Source: Eledone cirrhosa (lineage: Eukaryota). From it: 64,000 nucleotides of DNA. Positions 12,001 to 25,900 of this stretch are shown piece after piece. The stretch lies in assembly GCA_964016885.1 (NCBI GenBank), contig OZ024746.1:51894001-51958000 (forward strand). Direction: 5' to 3'. A program made the position numbers and the translations under genes. The first letter of the stretch is position 1; each line of letters starts with the position of its first letter. The notes beneath the pieces were generated by a model. The model did no database searches, was not told where the DNA came from, and saw only the letters and a list, made by a program, of their open reading frames with translations.

Positions 12001-15000
12001 TTCTATGTATTGGGTATATTATACTTTGTATGGAGTAGTGTATGGTATAGAATGGTGTATATAGGTGTGTGTTGTATGGTATGGAATTCTATGTATTAGG
12101 TATGTTGTACTGAGTATGGAGTAGTGTATGGTATAGAATGGTGTATATAGATGTGTGTTGTATGGTATGGAATTCTAAGTATTGGGTATGTTATACTGTG
12201 TATGGAGTAGTGTATGGTATAGAATGGTGTATATAGATGTGTGTTGCATGGTATCGAATTCTATATATTGGGTATGTTATACTTTGTATGGAGTAGTGTA
12301 TGGTATAGAATGGTGTATATAGGTGTGTCTTGTAGGGTTAAGAATTCTATGTATTGGGTATGTTATACTTTGAATAGAGTAGTGTATGGTATAGAATGGT
12401 GTATATAGATGTGTGTTGTATGTTATGGAATTTTATGTATTGGGTATGTTATACTTAATATGGAGTAGTGTATGGTATAGAATGCTCTATATATGTGTGT
12501 GTTGTATGGTATGGAATTATATGTATTGTGTATGTTATACTTAGTACGGAGTAGTGTATGGTATAGAATGGTGTATATAGCTGTGTGTTGTATGGTATGG
12601 AATTCTATGTATTGGGTATGTTATACTGAGTATGGAGTAGTGTATGGTATAGAATGGTGTATATAGGTGTGTGTTGTATGGTATGGAATTCTATGTACTG
12701 GGTATGTTATATTTTGTATGGTGTAGTGTATGGTATAGAATGGTGTATATAGGTGTGTGTTGTATGGTATGGAATTCTATGTATTGTTATGTTATACTGA
12801 GTATGGAGTAGTGTATGGTATAGAATGGTGTATATAGGTGTGTGTTGTATGGTATCGAATTCTATGTATTGGGTATCTTTTACTTAGTATGGAGTAGTGT
12901 ATGGCATAGAATGGTGTATATAGGTGTGTGTTGTATGGTATGGAATTCTATGTATTGGGTATATTATACTTTGTATGGAGTAGTGTATGGTATAGAATGG
13001 TGTATATAGGTGTGTGTTGTATGGTATGGAATACTATGTATTAGGTATGTTATACTGAGTATGGAGTAGTGTAAGGTATAGAATGGTGTATATAGGTGTG
13101 TGTTGTATGGTATGGAATTCTATGTATTGGGTATGTTATACTGAGTATGGAGTAGTGTATGGTATAGAATGGTGTATATAGGTGTGTGTTGTATGGTATG
13201 GGATTCTAAGTATTGCGTATGTTATAATGTGTATGGAGTAGTGTATTGTATAGAACGGTGTATATAGATGTGTCTTGCATGGTATCGAATTCTATGTATT
13301 GGGTATGTTATACTTTTTATGGAGTAGTGTATGGTATAGAATGGTGTATATAGGTGTGTCTTGTATGGTAAGGAATTCTATGTATTGGGTATGTTATACT
13401 TTGAATAGAGTAGTGTATGGTATAGAATAGTGTATATAGATGTGTGTTGTATGGTATGGAATTTTATGTATTGGGTATGTTATACTTAATATGGAGTAGT
13501 GTATTGTATAGAATGCTGTATATATGTGTGTGTTGTATGGTATGGAATTCTATGTATTGGGTATGTTATATTAGTATGGAGTAGTGTATGGTATAGAATG
13601 GTGTATATAGGTGTGTGTTGTATGGTATGGAATTCTATGTATTGGGTATGTTATACTGAGTATGGAGTAGTGTATGGTATAGAATGGTGTATATAGGTGT
13701 GTGTTGTATGGTATGGAATTCTATGTATTGGGTATGTTATAGTTAGTATGGAGTAGTGTATGGCATATAATGGTGTATATAGGTGTCTGTTGTATGTTAT
13801 GGAATTCTATGTATTGGGTATGTTATAATTTGTATGGAGTAGTGTATGGTATAGAATGGTGTATATAGGTGTGTGTTGTATGGTATGGAATTCTATGTAT
13901 TGGGTATGTTATAATTTGTATGGAGTAGTGTATGGTATAGAATGGTGTATATAGGTGTGTGTTGTATGGTATGGAATTCTATGTATTAGGTATGTTATAC
14001 TGAGTATGGAGTAGTGTATGATATAGAATGGTGTATATAGGTGTGTGTTGTAAGGTATGGAATTCTATGTATTTGGTATGTTATACTGAGTATGGAGTAG
14101 TGTATGTTATAGAATGCTATATATAGGTGTGTGTTGTATGGTATGGAATTCTATGTATTGGGTATGTTATATTTTGTATGGTGTAGTGTATGGTATAGAA
14201 CGGTGTATATAGGTGTGTGTTGTATGGTATGGAATTTCGATGTATCGTTATGTTATACTGAGTATGGAGTAGTGTATGTTATAGAATGGTGTATATAGGT
14301 GTGTGATGTATGGTATGGAATTCTATGTATTGGGTATGTTTTACTTAGTATGGAGTAGTGTATGGCATAGAATGTTGTATATAGGTGTGTGTTGTACGGT
14401 ATGGAATTCTATGTATTGGCTATGTTATACTTAGTATGGAGTAGTGTAGGGCATAGAATGGTGTATATAGGTGTGTGTTGTATGGTATGGAATTCTATGT
14501 ATTGGGTATGTTATACTTTGTATGGAGTAGTGTATGGTATAGAATGGTGTATATGGGTGTGTGTTGTATGGTATGGAATTCTATGTATTAGGTATGTTAT
14601 ACTGAGTATGGAGTAGTGTATGGTATAGAATGGTGTATATAGGTGTGTGTTGTATGGTATGGAATTCTATGAATTGGGTATGTTATATTTAGTATAGAGT
14701 AGTGTATGGTATAGAATGGTGTATATAGCTGTGTGTTGTATGGTATGGAATTCTATGTATTGTGTATGTTATACTGAGTATGGAGTAGTGTATGGTATAG
14801 AATGGTGTATATAGGTGTGTGTTGTATGGTATGGAATTCTATGTATTGTTATGTTATACTGAGTATGGAGTAGTGTATGGTATAGAATGGTGTATATAGG
14901 TGTGTGTTGTATGGTATGGAATTCTATGTATTGGGTATGTTTTACTTAGTATGGAGTAGTGTATGGCATAGAATGGTGTATATAGGTGTGTGTTGTACGG

Positions 15001-18000
15001 TATGGAATTCTATGTATTGGCTATGTTATACTTAGTATGGAGTAGTGTATGGCATAGAATGGTGTATATAGGTGTGTGTTGTATGGTATGGAATTCTATG
15101 TATTGGGTATATTATACTTTGTATGGAGTAGTGTATGGTATAGAATGGTGTATATAGGTGTGTCTTGTATGGTATAGAATTCTATGTATTAGGTATGTTA
15201 TACTGAGTATGGAGTAGTGTATGGTATAGAATGGTGTATATAGGTGTGTGTTGTATGGTTTGGAATTCTATGTATTGGGTATGTTATACTGAGTATGGAG
15301 TAGTGTATGGTATAGAATGGTGTATATAGGTGTGTGTTGCATGGTATCGAATTCTATGTATTGGGTATGTTATACTTTGTATGGAGTAGTGTATGGTATA
15401 GAATGGTGTATATAGGTGTGTCTTGTATGGTAAGGAATTCTATGTATTGGGTATGTTATACTTTGAATAGAGTAGTGTATGGTATATAATGGTGTATATA
15501 GATGTGTGTTGTATGCTATGGAATTCTATGTATTGGGTATGTTATACTTAGTATGGAGTAGTGTATGGCTTAGACTGGTGTATATAGGTGTGTGTTGTAT
15601 GGTATGGTATTCTATGTATTGGGTATGTTATACTGTGTATGGAGTAGTGTATGGTATAGAATGGTGTATATAGGTGTGTGTTGCATGGTATCGAATTCTA
15701 TGTATTGGGTATGTTATACTAGTGTATGTGTATGGAGTAGTGTATGTTATAGAATGGTGTATATTGGTGTGTGTTGTATGGTATGGAATTCTATGTATTG
15801 GTTATATTATACTTAGTATGGAGTAGTGTATGGCATAGAATGGTGTATATAGGTGTGTGTTGTATGGTATGGAATTCTATGTATTGGGTATGTTATACTG
15901 TGTATGGAGTAGTGTATGGTATAGAATGGTGTATATAGGTGTGTCTTGTATGGTTAGGAATTCTATGTATTGGGTATGAGATACTTTGAATAGAGTAGTG
16001 TATGGTATAGTATGGTGTATATAGATATGTGTTGTATGGTATGGAATTTTATGTATTGGGTATGTTATACTTAATATGGAGTAGTGTATGGTATAGAATG
16101 CTCTATATATATTGTGTTGTATGGTATGGAATTATATGTATTGGGTATGTTATACTGAGTATGGAGTAGTGAATGGTATAGAATGGTGTATATAGGTGTG
16201 TGTTGTATGGTATGGAATTCTATGTATTGGGTATGTTATATTTTGTATGGTGTAGTGTATGGTATAGAATGGTGTATATAGGTGTGTATTGTATGGTATG
16301 GAATTCTATGTATTGTTATGTTATACTGAGTATGGAGTAGTGTATGGTATAGAATGGTGTATATAGGTGTGTGTTGTATGGTATGGAATTCTATGTATTG
16401 GGTATGTTATACTGAGTATGGAGTAGTGTATGGTATAGAATGGTGTATATAGGTGTGTGTTGTATGGTATGGAATTCTAAGTATTGGGTATGTTATACTG
16501 TGTATGGAGTAGTGTATGGTATAGAATGGTGTATATAGATGTGTGTTGCATGGTATCGAATTCTATGTATTGGGTATGTTATGTATTTATGGAGTAGTGT
16601 ATGGTATAGAATGGTGTATATAGGTGTGTCTTGTATGGTAAGGAATTCTATGTATTGGGTATGTTATACTTTGAATAGAGTAGTGTATGGTATAGAATGG
16701 TGTATATATGTGTGTGTTGTATGGTATGGAATTCTATGTATTGTGTATGTTATACTTAGTATGGAGTAGTGTATGGTATAGAATGGTGTATATAGGTGTG
16801 TGTTGTATGGTATGGAATTCTATGTATTGGGTATGTTATACTGAGTATGGAGTAGTGTACGGTATAGAATGGTGTATATAGGTGTGTGTTGTATGGTATG
16901 GAATTCTATGTATTGGCTATGTTATATTTTGTATGGTGTAGTGTATGGTATAGAATGGTGTATATAGGTATGTGTTGTATGGTATGGAATTCTATGTATT
17001 GTTATGTTATACTGAGTATGGAGTAGTGTATGGTATAGAATGGTGTATGTAGGTGTGTGTTGTATAGTATGGAATTCTATGTATTGGGTATGTTTTACTT
17101 AGTATGGAGTAGTGTATGGCGTAGAATGGTGTATATAGGTGTGTGTTGTACGGTATGGAATTCTATGTATTGGGTATGTTATACTTAGTATGGAGTAGTG
17201 TATGGCATAGAATGGTGTATATAGGTGTGTGTTGTATGGTATGGAATTCTATGTATTGGGTATGTTATACTTTGTATGGATTAGTGTATGGTATAGAATG
17301 GTGTATATGGGTGTGTGTTGTATGGTATGGAATTCTATGTATTAGGTATGTTATACTGAGTATGGAGTAGTGTATGGTATAAAATGGTGTATATAGGTGT
17401 GTGTTGTATGGTATGGAATTCTATGAATTGGGTATGTTATATTTAGTATGGAGTAGTGTATGGTATAGAATGGTGTATATAGGCGTGTGTTGTATGTTAT
17501 GGAATTCTATGTATAAGTATGTTATACTGAGTATGGAGTAGTGTATGGTATAGAATGGTGTATATAGGTGTGTGTTGTATGGTATGGAATTCTATGAATT
17601 GGGTATGTTATATTTAGTATAGAGTAGTGTATGGTATAGACTGGTGTATATAAGTGTGTGTTGTATGGTATGGAATTCTAAGTATTGGGTATGTTATACT
17701 GTGTATGGAGTAGTGTATGGTATAGAATGGTGTATATAGATGTGTGTTGCATAGTATGGAATTCTATGTATTGGGTATGTTATATTTTGTATGGTGTAGT
17801 GTATGGTATAGAATGGTGTATGTAGGTGTGTGTTGTATGGTATGGAATTCTATGTATTGTTATGTTATACTGAGTATGGAGTAGTGTATGGTATAGAATG
17901 GTGTATATAGGTGTGTGTTGTATGGTATGGAATTCTATGTATTGGGTATATTTTACTTAGTATGGAGTAGTGTATGGCATAGAATGGTGTATATAGGTGT

Positions 18001-19949
18001 GTGTTGTATGGTATGGAATTCTTGTATTGGGTATATTATACTTTGTATGGAGTAGTGTACGGTATAGAATGGTGTATATAGGTGTGTGTTGTATGGTATG
18101 GAATTCTAAGTATTGAGTATGTTATATGTGTATGGAGTAGTGTATGGTATAGAATGGTGTATATAGATGTGTGTTGCATGGTATCGAATTCTATGTATTG
18201 GGTATGTTATACTTTGTATGGAGTAGTGTATGGTATAGAATGGTGTATATAGGTGTGCTTGTATGGTTAAGAATTCTATGTATTGGGTATGTTATACTTT
18301 GAATAGAGTAGTGTATGGTATAGAATGGTGTATATAGATTAGTGTTGTATGTTATGGAATTTTATGTATTGGGTATGTTATACTTAATATGGAGTAGTGT
18401 ATGGTATAGAATGCTCTATATATGTGTGTGTTGCATGGTATGGAATTATATGTATTGGGTATGTTATACTTAGTACGGAGTAGTGTATGGTATAGAATGG
18501 TGTATATAGGTGTGTGTTGTATGGTATGGAATTCTATGTATTGGGTATGTTATACTGAGTATGGAGTAGTGTATGGTATAGAATGGTGTATATAGGTGTG
18601 TGTTCTATGGTATGGAATTCTATGTATTGTTATGTTATACTGAGTATGGAGTAGTGTAAGGTATAGAATGGTGTATATAGGTGTGTGTTGTATGGTATGG
18701 AATTCTATGTATGAGGTATGTTATACTGAGTATTGAGTAGTGTATGGTATAGAATGGTGTATATAGGTGTGTGTTGTATGGTATGGAATTCTATGTATTA
18801 GGTATGTTATACTGAGTATGGAGTAGTGTATGGTATAGAATGGTGTATATAGGTGTGTGTTGTATGGTATGGTATTCTATGTATAGGGTATGTTATACTT
18901 TGTATGGAGTAGTGTATGGTATAGAATGGTGTATATAGGTGTGTGTTGTATGGTATGGAATTCTATGAATTGGGTATGTTATATTTAGTATGGAGTAGTG
19001 TATGGTATAGAATGGTGTATATAGGTGTGTGTTGTATGTTATGGAATTCTATGTATTAGTATGTTATAATGAGTATGGAGTAGTGTATGGTATAGAATGG
19101 TGTATATAGGTGTGTGTTGTATGGTATGGAATTCTATGAATTGGGTATGTTATATTTAGTATAGAGTAGTGTATGGTATAGACTGGTGTATATAGGTGTG
19201 TGTTGTATGGTATGGAATTCTATGTATTGGTTATGTTATATTTAGTATGGAGTAGTGTATGGCATAGAATGGTGTATATAGGTGTGTGTTGTATGGTATG
19301 GAATGCTATGTATTGGGTATGTTATACTTTGTATTGAGTAGTGTATGGTATAGAATGGTGTATATAGGTGTGTGTTGTATGGTATGGAATTCTATGTATT
19401 GGATATGTTTTACTTAGTATGGAGTAGTGTATGGCATAGAATGGTGTATATAGGTGTGTGTTGTACGGTATGGAATTCTATGTATTGGGTATGTTATACT
19501 TAGTATGGAGTAGTGTATGGCATAGAATGGTGTATATAGGTGTGTGTTGTATGGTATGGAATTCTATGTATTGGGTATGTTATACTTTGTATGGAGTAGT
19601 GTATGGTATAGAATGGTGTATATGGGTGTGTGTTGTATGGTATGGAATTCTATGTATTAGGTATGTTATACTGAATATGGAGTAGTGTATGGTATAGAAT
19701 GGTGTATATAGGCGTGTGATGTATGGTATAGAATTCTATGAATTGGGTATGTTATATTTAGTATGGAGTAGTGTATGGTATAGAATGGTGTATATATGTG
19801 TGTGTTGTATGTTATGGAATTCTATGTATTAGTATGTTATACTGAGTATGGAGTAGTGTATGGTATAGAATGGTGTATATAGGTGTGTATTGTATGGTAT
19901 GGAATTCTATGTATTGGGTATGTTTTACTTAGTATGGAGTAGTGTATGG

Positions 19950-22900
19950 CATAGAATGGTGTATATAGGTGTGTGTTGTATGGTATGGAATTCTATGTAT
20001 TGGGTATGTTATACTTTGTATGGAGTAGTGTATGGTATAGAATGGTGTATATAGGTGTGTGTTGTATGGTATGGAATTCTATGTATTAGGTATGTTATAC
20101 TGAGTATGGAGTAGTGTATGGTATAGAATGGTGTATATAGATGTGTGTTGTATGGTATGGAATTCTAAGTATTGGGTATGTTATACTGTGTATGGAGTAG
20201 TGTATGGTATAGAATGGTGTATATAGATGTGTGTTGCATGGTTTCGAATTCTATATATTGGGTATGTTATACTTTGTATGGAGTAGTGTATGGTATAGAA
20301 TGGTGTATATAGGTGTGTCTTGTAGGGTTAAAAATTTTATGTATTGGGTATGTTATACTTTGAATAGAGTAGTGTATGGTATAGAATGGTGTATATAGAT
20401 GTGTGTTGTATGTTATGGAATTTTATGTATTGGGTATGTTATACTTAATATGGAGTAGTGTATGGTATAGAATGCTCTATATATGTGTGTGTTGTATGGT
20501 ATGGAATTATATGTATTGTGTATGTTATACTTAGTACGGAGTAGTGTATGGTATAGAATGGTGTATATAGCTGTGTGTTGTATGGTATGGAATTCTATGT
20601 ATTGGGTATGTTATACTGAGTATGGAGTAGTGTATGGTATAGAATGGTGTATATAGGTGTGTGTTGTATGGTATGGAATTCTATGTACTGGGTATGTTAT
20701 ATTTTGTATGGTGTAGTGTATGGTATAGAATGGTGTATATAGGTGTGTGTTGTATGGTATGGAATTCTATGTATTGTTATGTTATACTGAGTATGGAGTA
20801 GTGTATGGTATAGAATGGTGTATATAGGTGTGTGTTGTATGGTATCGAATTCTATGTATTGGCTATCTTTTACTTAGTATGGAGTAGTGTATGGCATAGA
20901 ATGGTGTATATAGGTGTGTGTTGTATGGTATGGAATTCTATGTATTGGGTATATTATACTTTGTATGGAGTAGTGTATGGCATAGAATGGTGTATATAGG
21001 TGTGTGTTGTATGGTATGGAATTCTATGTATTAGGTATGTTATACTGAGTATGGAGTAGTGTATGGTATAGAATGGTGTATATAGGTGTGTGTTGTATGG
21101 TATGGAATTCTATGTATTGGGTATGTTATACTGAGTATGGAGTAGTGTATGGTATAGAATGGTGTATATAGGTGTGTGTTGTATGGTATGGGATTCTAAG
21201 TATTGCGTATGTTATAATGTGTATGGAGTAGTGTATTGTATAGAACGGTGTATATAGATGTGTCTTGCATGGTATCGAATTCTATGTATTGGGTATGTTA
21301 TACTTTTTATGGAGTAGTGTATGGTATAGAATGGTGTATATAGGTGTGTCTTGTATGGTAAGGAATTCTATGTATTGGGTATGTTATACTTTGAATAGGG
21401 TAGTGTATGGTATAGAATAGTGTATATAGATGTGTATTGTATGGTATGGAATTCTATGTATTGGTTATGTTATACTTAGTATGGAGTAGTGTATGGCATA
21501 GAATGGTGTATATAGGTGTGTGTTGTATGGTATGGAATTCTATGTATTGGGTATATTATACTTTGTATGGAGTAGTGTATGGTATAGAATGGTGTATATA
21601 GGTGTGTGTTGTATGGTATGGAATTCTATGTATTAGGTATGTTATACTGAGTATGGAGTAGTGTATGGTATAGAATGGTGTATATAGATGTGTGTTGTAT
21701 GGTATGGAATTCTAAGTATTGGGTATGTTATACTGTGTATGGAGTAGTGTATGGTATAGAATGGTGTATATAGATGTGTGTTGCATGGTATCGAATTCTA
21801 TATATTGGGTATGTTATACTTTGTATGGAGTAGTGTATGGTATAGAATGGTGTATATAGGTGTGTCTTGTAGGGTTAAGAATTCTATGTATTGGGTATGT
21901 TATACTTTGAATAGAGTAGTGTATGGTATAGAATGGTGTATATAGATGTGTGTTGTATGTTATGGAATTTTATGTATTGGGTATGTTATACTTAATATGG
22001 AGTAGTGTATGGTATAGAATGCTCTATATATGTGTGTGTTGTATGGTATGGAATTATATGTATTGTGTATGTTATACTTAGTACGGAGTAGTGTATGGTA
22101 TAGAATGGTGTATATAGCTGTGTGTTGTATGGTATGGAATTCTATGTATTGGGTATGTTATACTGAGTATGGAGTAGTGTATGGTATAGAATGGTGTATA
22201 TAGGTGTGTGTTGTATGGTATGAAATTCTATGTACTGGGTATGTTATATTTTGTATGGTGTAGTGTATGGTATAGAATGGTGTATATAGGTGTGTGTTGT
22301 ATGGTATGGAATTCTATGTATTGTTATGTTATACTGAGTATGGAGTAGTGTATGGTATAGAATGGTGTATATAGGTGTGTGTTGTATGGTATCGAATTCT
22401 ATGTATTGGGTATCTTTTACTTAGTATGGAGTAGTGTATGGCATAGAATGGTGTATATAGGTGTGTGTTGTATGGTATGGAATTCTATGTATTGGGTATA
22501 TTATACTTTGTATGGAGTAGTGTATGGTATAGAATGGTGTATATAGGTGTGTGTTGTATGGTATGGAATTCTATGTATTAGGTATGTTATACTGAGTATG
22601 GAGTAGTGTATGGTATAGAATGGTGTATATAGGTGTGTGTTGTATGTTATGGAATTCTCTGTATTGGGTATGTTATACTGAGTATGGAGTAGTGTATGGT
22701 ATAGAATGGTGTATATAGGTGTGTGTTGTATGGTATGGGATTCTAAGTATTGCGTATGTTATAATGTGTATGGAGTAGTGTATTGTATAGAACGGTGTAT
22801 ATAGATGTGTCTTGCATGGTATCGAATTCTATGTATTGGGTATGTTATACTTTTTATGGAGTAGTGTATGGTATAGAATGGTGTATATAGGTGTGTCTTG

Positions 22901-22990
22901 TATGGTAAGGAATTCTATGTATTGGGTATGTTATACTTTGAATAGAGTAGTGTATGGTATAGAATAGTGTATATAGATGTGTGTTGTATG
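19950..22990 (+). repeat. Tandem block duplication, period 1547 bp (18 monomers)
   Basis: GGGATTCTAAGTATTGCG occurs at ~21190 and ~22737, and TTTGAATAGAG at 20362 and 21909. CTATGTACTGGG and TATCTTTTAC are present in both copies. A third copy of this block lies at ~11950-13450. Confidence 0.88.
21909..22939 (+). repeat. One complete 12-monomer higher-order repeat unit (1031 bp)
   Basis: The diagnostic TTTGAATAGAG variant has its first G at 21909 and 22940, a spacing of 1031 = 12x86-1. The same spacing occurs at 12372 to 13403 with the same order of variant monomers between. Confidence 0.8.
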
Positions 22991-25900
22991 GTATGGAATT
23001 TTATGTATTGGGTATGTTATACTTAATATGGAGTAGTGTATGGTATAGAATGCTGTATATATGTGTGTGTTGTATGGTATGGAATTCTATGTATTGGGTA
23101 TGTTATATTAGTATGGAGTAGTGTATGGTATAGAATGGTGTATATAGGTGTGTGTTGTATGGTATGGAATTCTATGTATTGGGTATGTTATACTGAGTAT
23201 GGAGTAGTGTATGGTATAGAATGGTGTATATAGGTGTGTGTTGTATGGTATGGAATTCTATGTATTGGGTATGTTATATTTTGTATGGTGTAGTGTATGG
23301 TATAGAATGGTGTATATAGCTATGTGTTGTATGGTATGGAATTCTATGTATTGTTATGTTATACTGAGTATAGAGTAGTGTATGGTATAGAATGGTGTAT
23401 ATAGGTGTGTGTTGTATGGTATGGAATTCTATGTATTGGGTATGTTTTACTTAGTATGGAGTAGTGTATGGCGTAGAATGGTGTATATAGGTGTGTGTTG
23501 TACGGTATGGAATTCTATGTATTGGGTATGTTATAGTTAGTATGGAGTAGTGTATGGCATATAATGGTGTATATAGGTGTCTGTTGTATGGTATGGAATT
23601 CTATGTATTGGGTATGTTATACTTTGTATGGAGTAGTGTATGGTATAGAATGGTGTATATAGGTGTGTGTTGTATGGTATGGAATTCTATGTATTAGGTA
23701 TGTTATACTGAGTATGGAGTAGTGTATGATATAGAATGGTGTATATAGGTGTGTGTTGTAAGGTATGGAATTCTATGTATTTGGTATGTTATACTGAGTA
23801 TGGAGTAGTGTATGGTATAGAATGCTATATATAGGTGTGTGTTGTATGGTATGGAATTCTATGTATTGGGTATGTTATATTTTGTATGGTGTAGTGTATG
23901 GTATAGAACGGTGTATATAGGTGTGTGTTGTATGGTATGGAATTTCGATGTATCGTTATGTTATACTGAGTATGGAGTAGTGTATGTTATAGAATGGTGT
24001 ATATAGGTGTGTGATGTATGGTATGGAATTCTATGTATTGGGTATGTTTTACTTAGTATGGAGTAGTGTATGGCATAGAATGGTGTATATAGGTGTGTGT
24101 TGTACGGTATGGAATTCTATGTATTGGCTATGTTATACCTAGTATGGAGTAGTGTAGGGCATAGAATGGTGTATATAGGTGTGTGTTGTATGGTATGGAA
24201 TTCTATGTATTGGGTATGTTATACTTTGTATGGAGTAGTGTATGGTATAGAATGGTGTATATGGGTGTGTGTTGTATGGTATGGAATTCTATGTATTAGT
24301 TATGTTATACTGAGTATGGAGTAGTGTATGGTATAGAATGGTGTATATAGGTGTGTGTTGTATGGTATGGAATTCTATGAATTGGGTATGTTATATTTAG
24401 TATGGAGTAGTGTATGGTATAGAATGGTGTATATAGGTGTGTGTTGTATGTTATGGAATTCTATGTATTAGTATGTTATACTGAGTATGGAGTAGTGTAT
24501 GGTATAGAATGGTGTATATAGGTGTGTGTTGTATGGTATGGAATTCTATGAATTGGGTATGTTATATTTAGTATAGAGTAGTGTATGGTATAGAATGGTG
24601 TATATAGCTGTGTGTTGTATGGTATGGAATTCTATGTATTGGGTATGTTATACTGAGTATGGAGTAGTGTATGGTATAGAATGGTGTATATAGGTGTGTG
24701 TTGTATGGTATGGAATTCTATGTATTGTTATGTTATACTGAGTATGGAGTAGTGTATGGTATAGAATGGTGTATATAGGTGTGTGTTGTATGGTATGGAA
24801 TTCTATGTATTGGGTATGTTTTACTTAGTATGGAGTAGTGTATGGCATAGAATGGTGTATATAGGTGTGTGTTGTACGGTATGGAATTCTATGTATTGGC
24901 TATGTTATACTTAGTATGGAGTAGTGTATGGCATAGAATGGTGTATATAGGTGTGTGTTGTATGGTATGGAGTGCTATGTATTGGGTATGTTATACTTTG
25001 TATGGAGTAGTGTATGGTATAGAATGGTGTATATAGGTGTGTGTTGTATGGTATGGAATTCTATGTATTGGGTATGTTATACTTAGTATGGTGTAGTGTA
25101 TGGTATAGAATGGTGTATACAGGTGTGTGTTGTATGGTATGGAATTCTATGTATTGATTATGTTATACTTAGTATGGAGCAGTGTATGGCATAGAATGGT
25201 GTATATAGGTGTGTGTTGTATGGTATGGAATTCTATGTATTGGGTATGTTTTACTTAGTATGGAGTAGTGTATGGCATAGAATGGTGTATATAGGTGTGT
25301 GTTGTATGGTATGGAATTCTATGTATTGGGTATATTATACTTTGTATGGAGTAGTGTATGGTATAGAATGGTGTATATAGGTGTGTGTTGTATGGTATAG
25401 AATTCTATGTATTAGGTATGTTATACTGAGTATGGAGTAGTGTATGGTATAGAATGGTGTATATATGTGTGTGTTGTATGGTTTGGAATTCTATGTATTG
25501 GGTATGTTATACTGAGTATGGAGTAGTGTATGGTATAGAATGGTGTATATAGGTGTGTGTTGCATGGTATCGAATTCTATGTATTGGGTATGTTATACTT
25601 TGTATGGAGTAGTGTATGGTATAGAATGGTGTATATAGGTGTGTCTTGTATGGTAAGGAATTCTATGTATTGGGTATGTTATACTTTGAATAGAGTAGTG
25701 TATGGTATAGAATGGTGTATATAGATGTGTGTTGTATGCTATGGAATTCTATGTATTGGGTATATTATACTTAGTATGGAGTAGTGTATGGCTTAGACTG
25801 GTGTATATAGGTGTGTGTTGTATGGTATGGTATTCTATGTATTGGGTATGTTATACTGTGTATGTGTATGGAGTAGTGTATGTTATAGAATGGTGTATAT

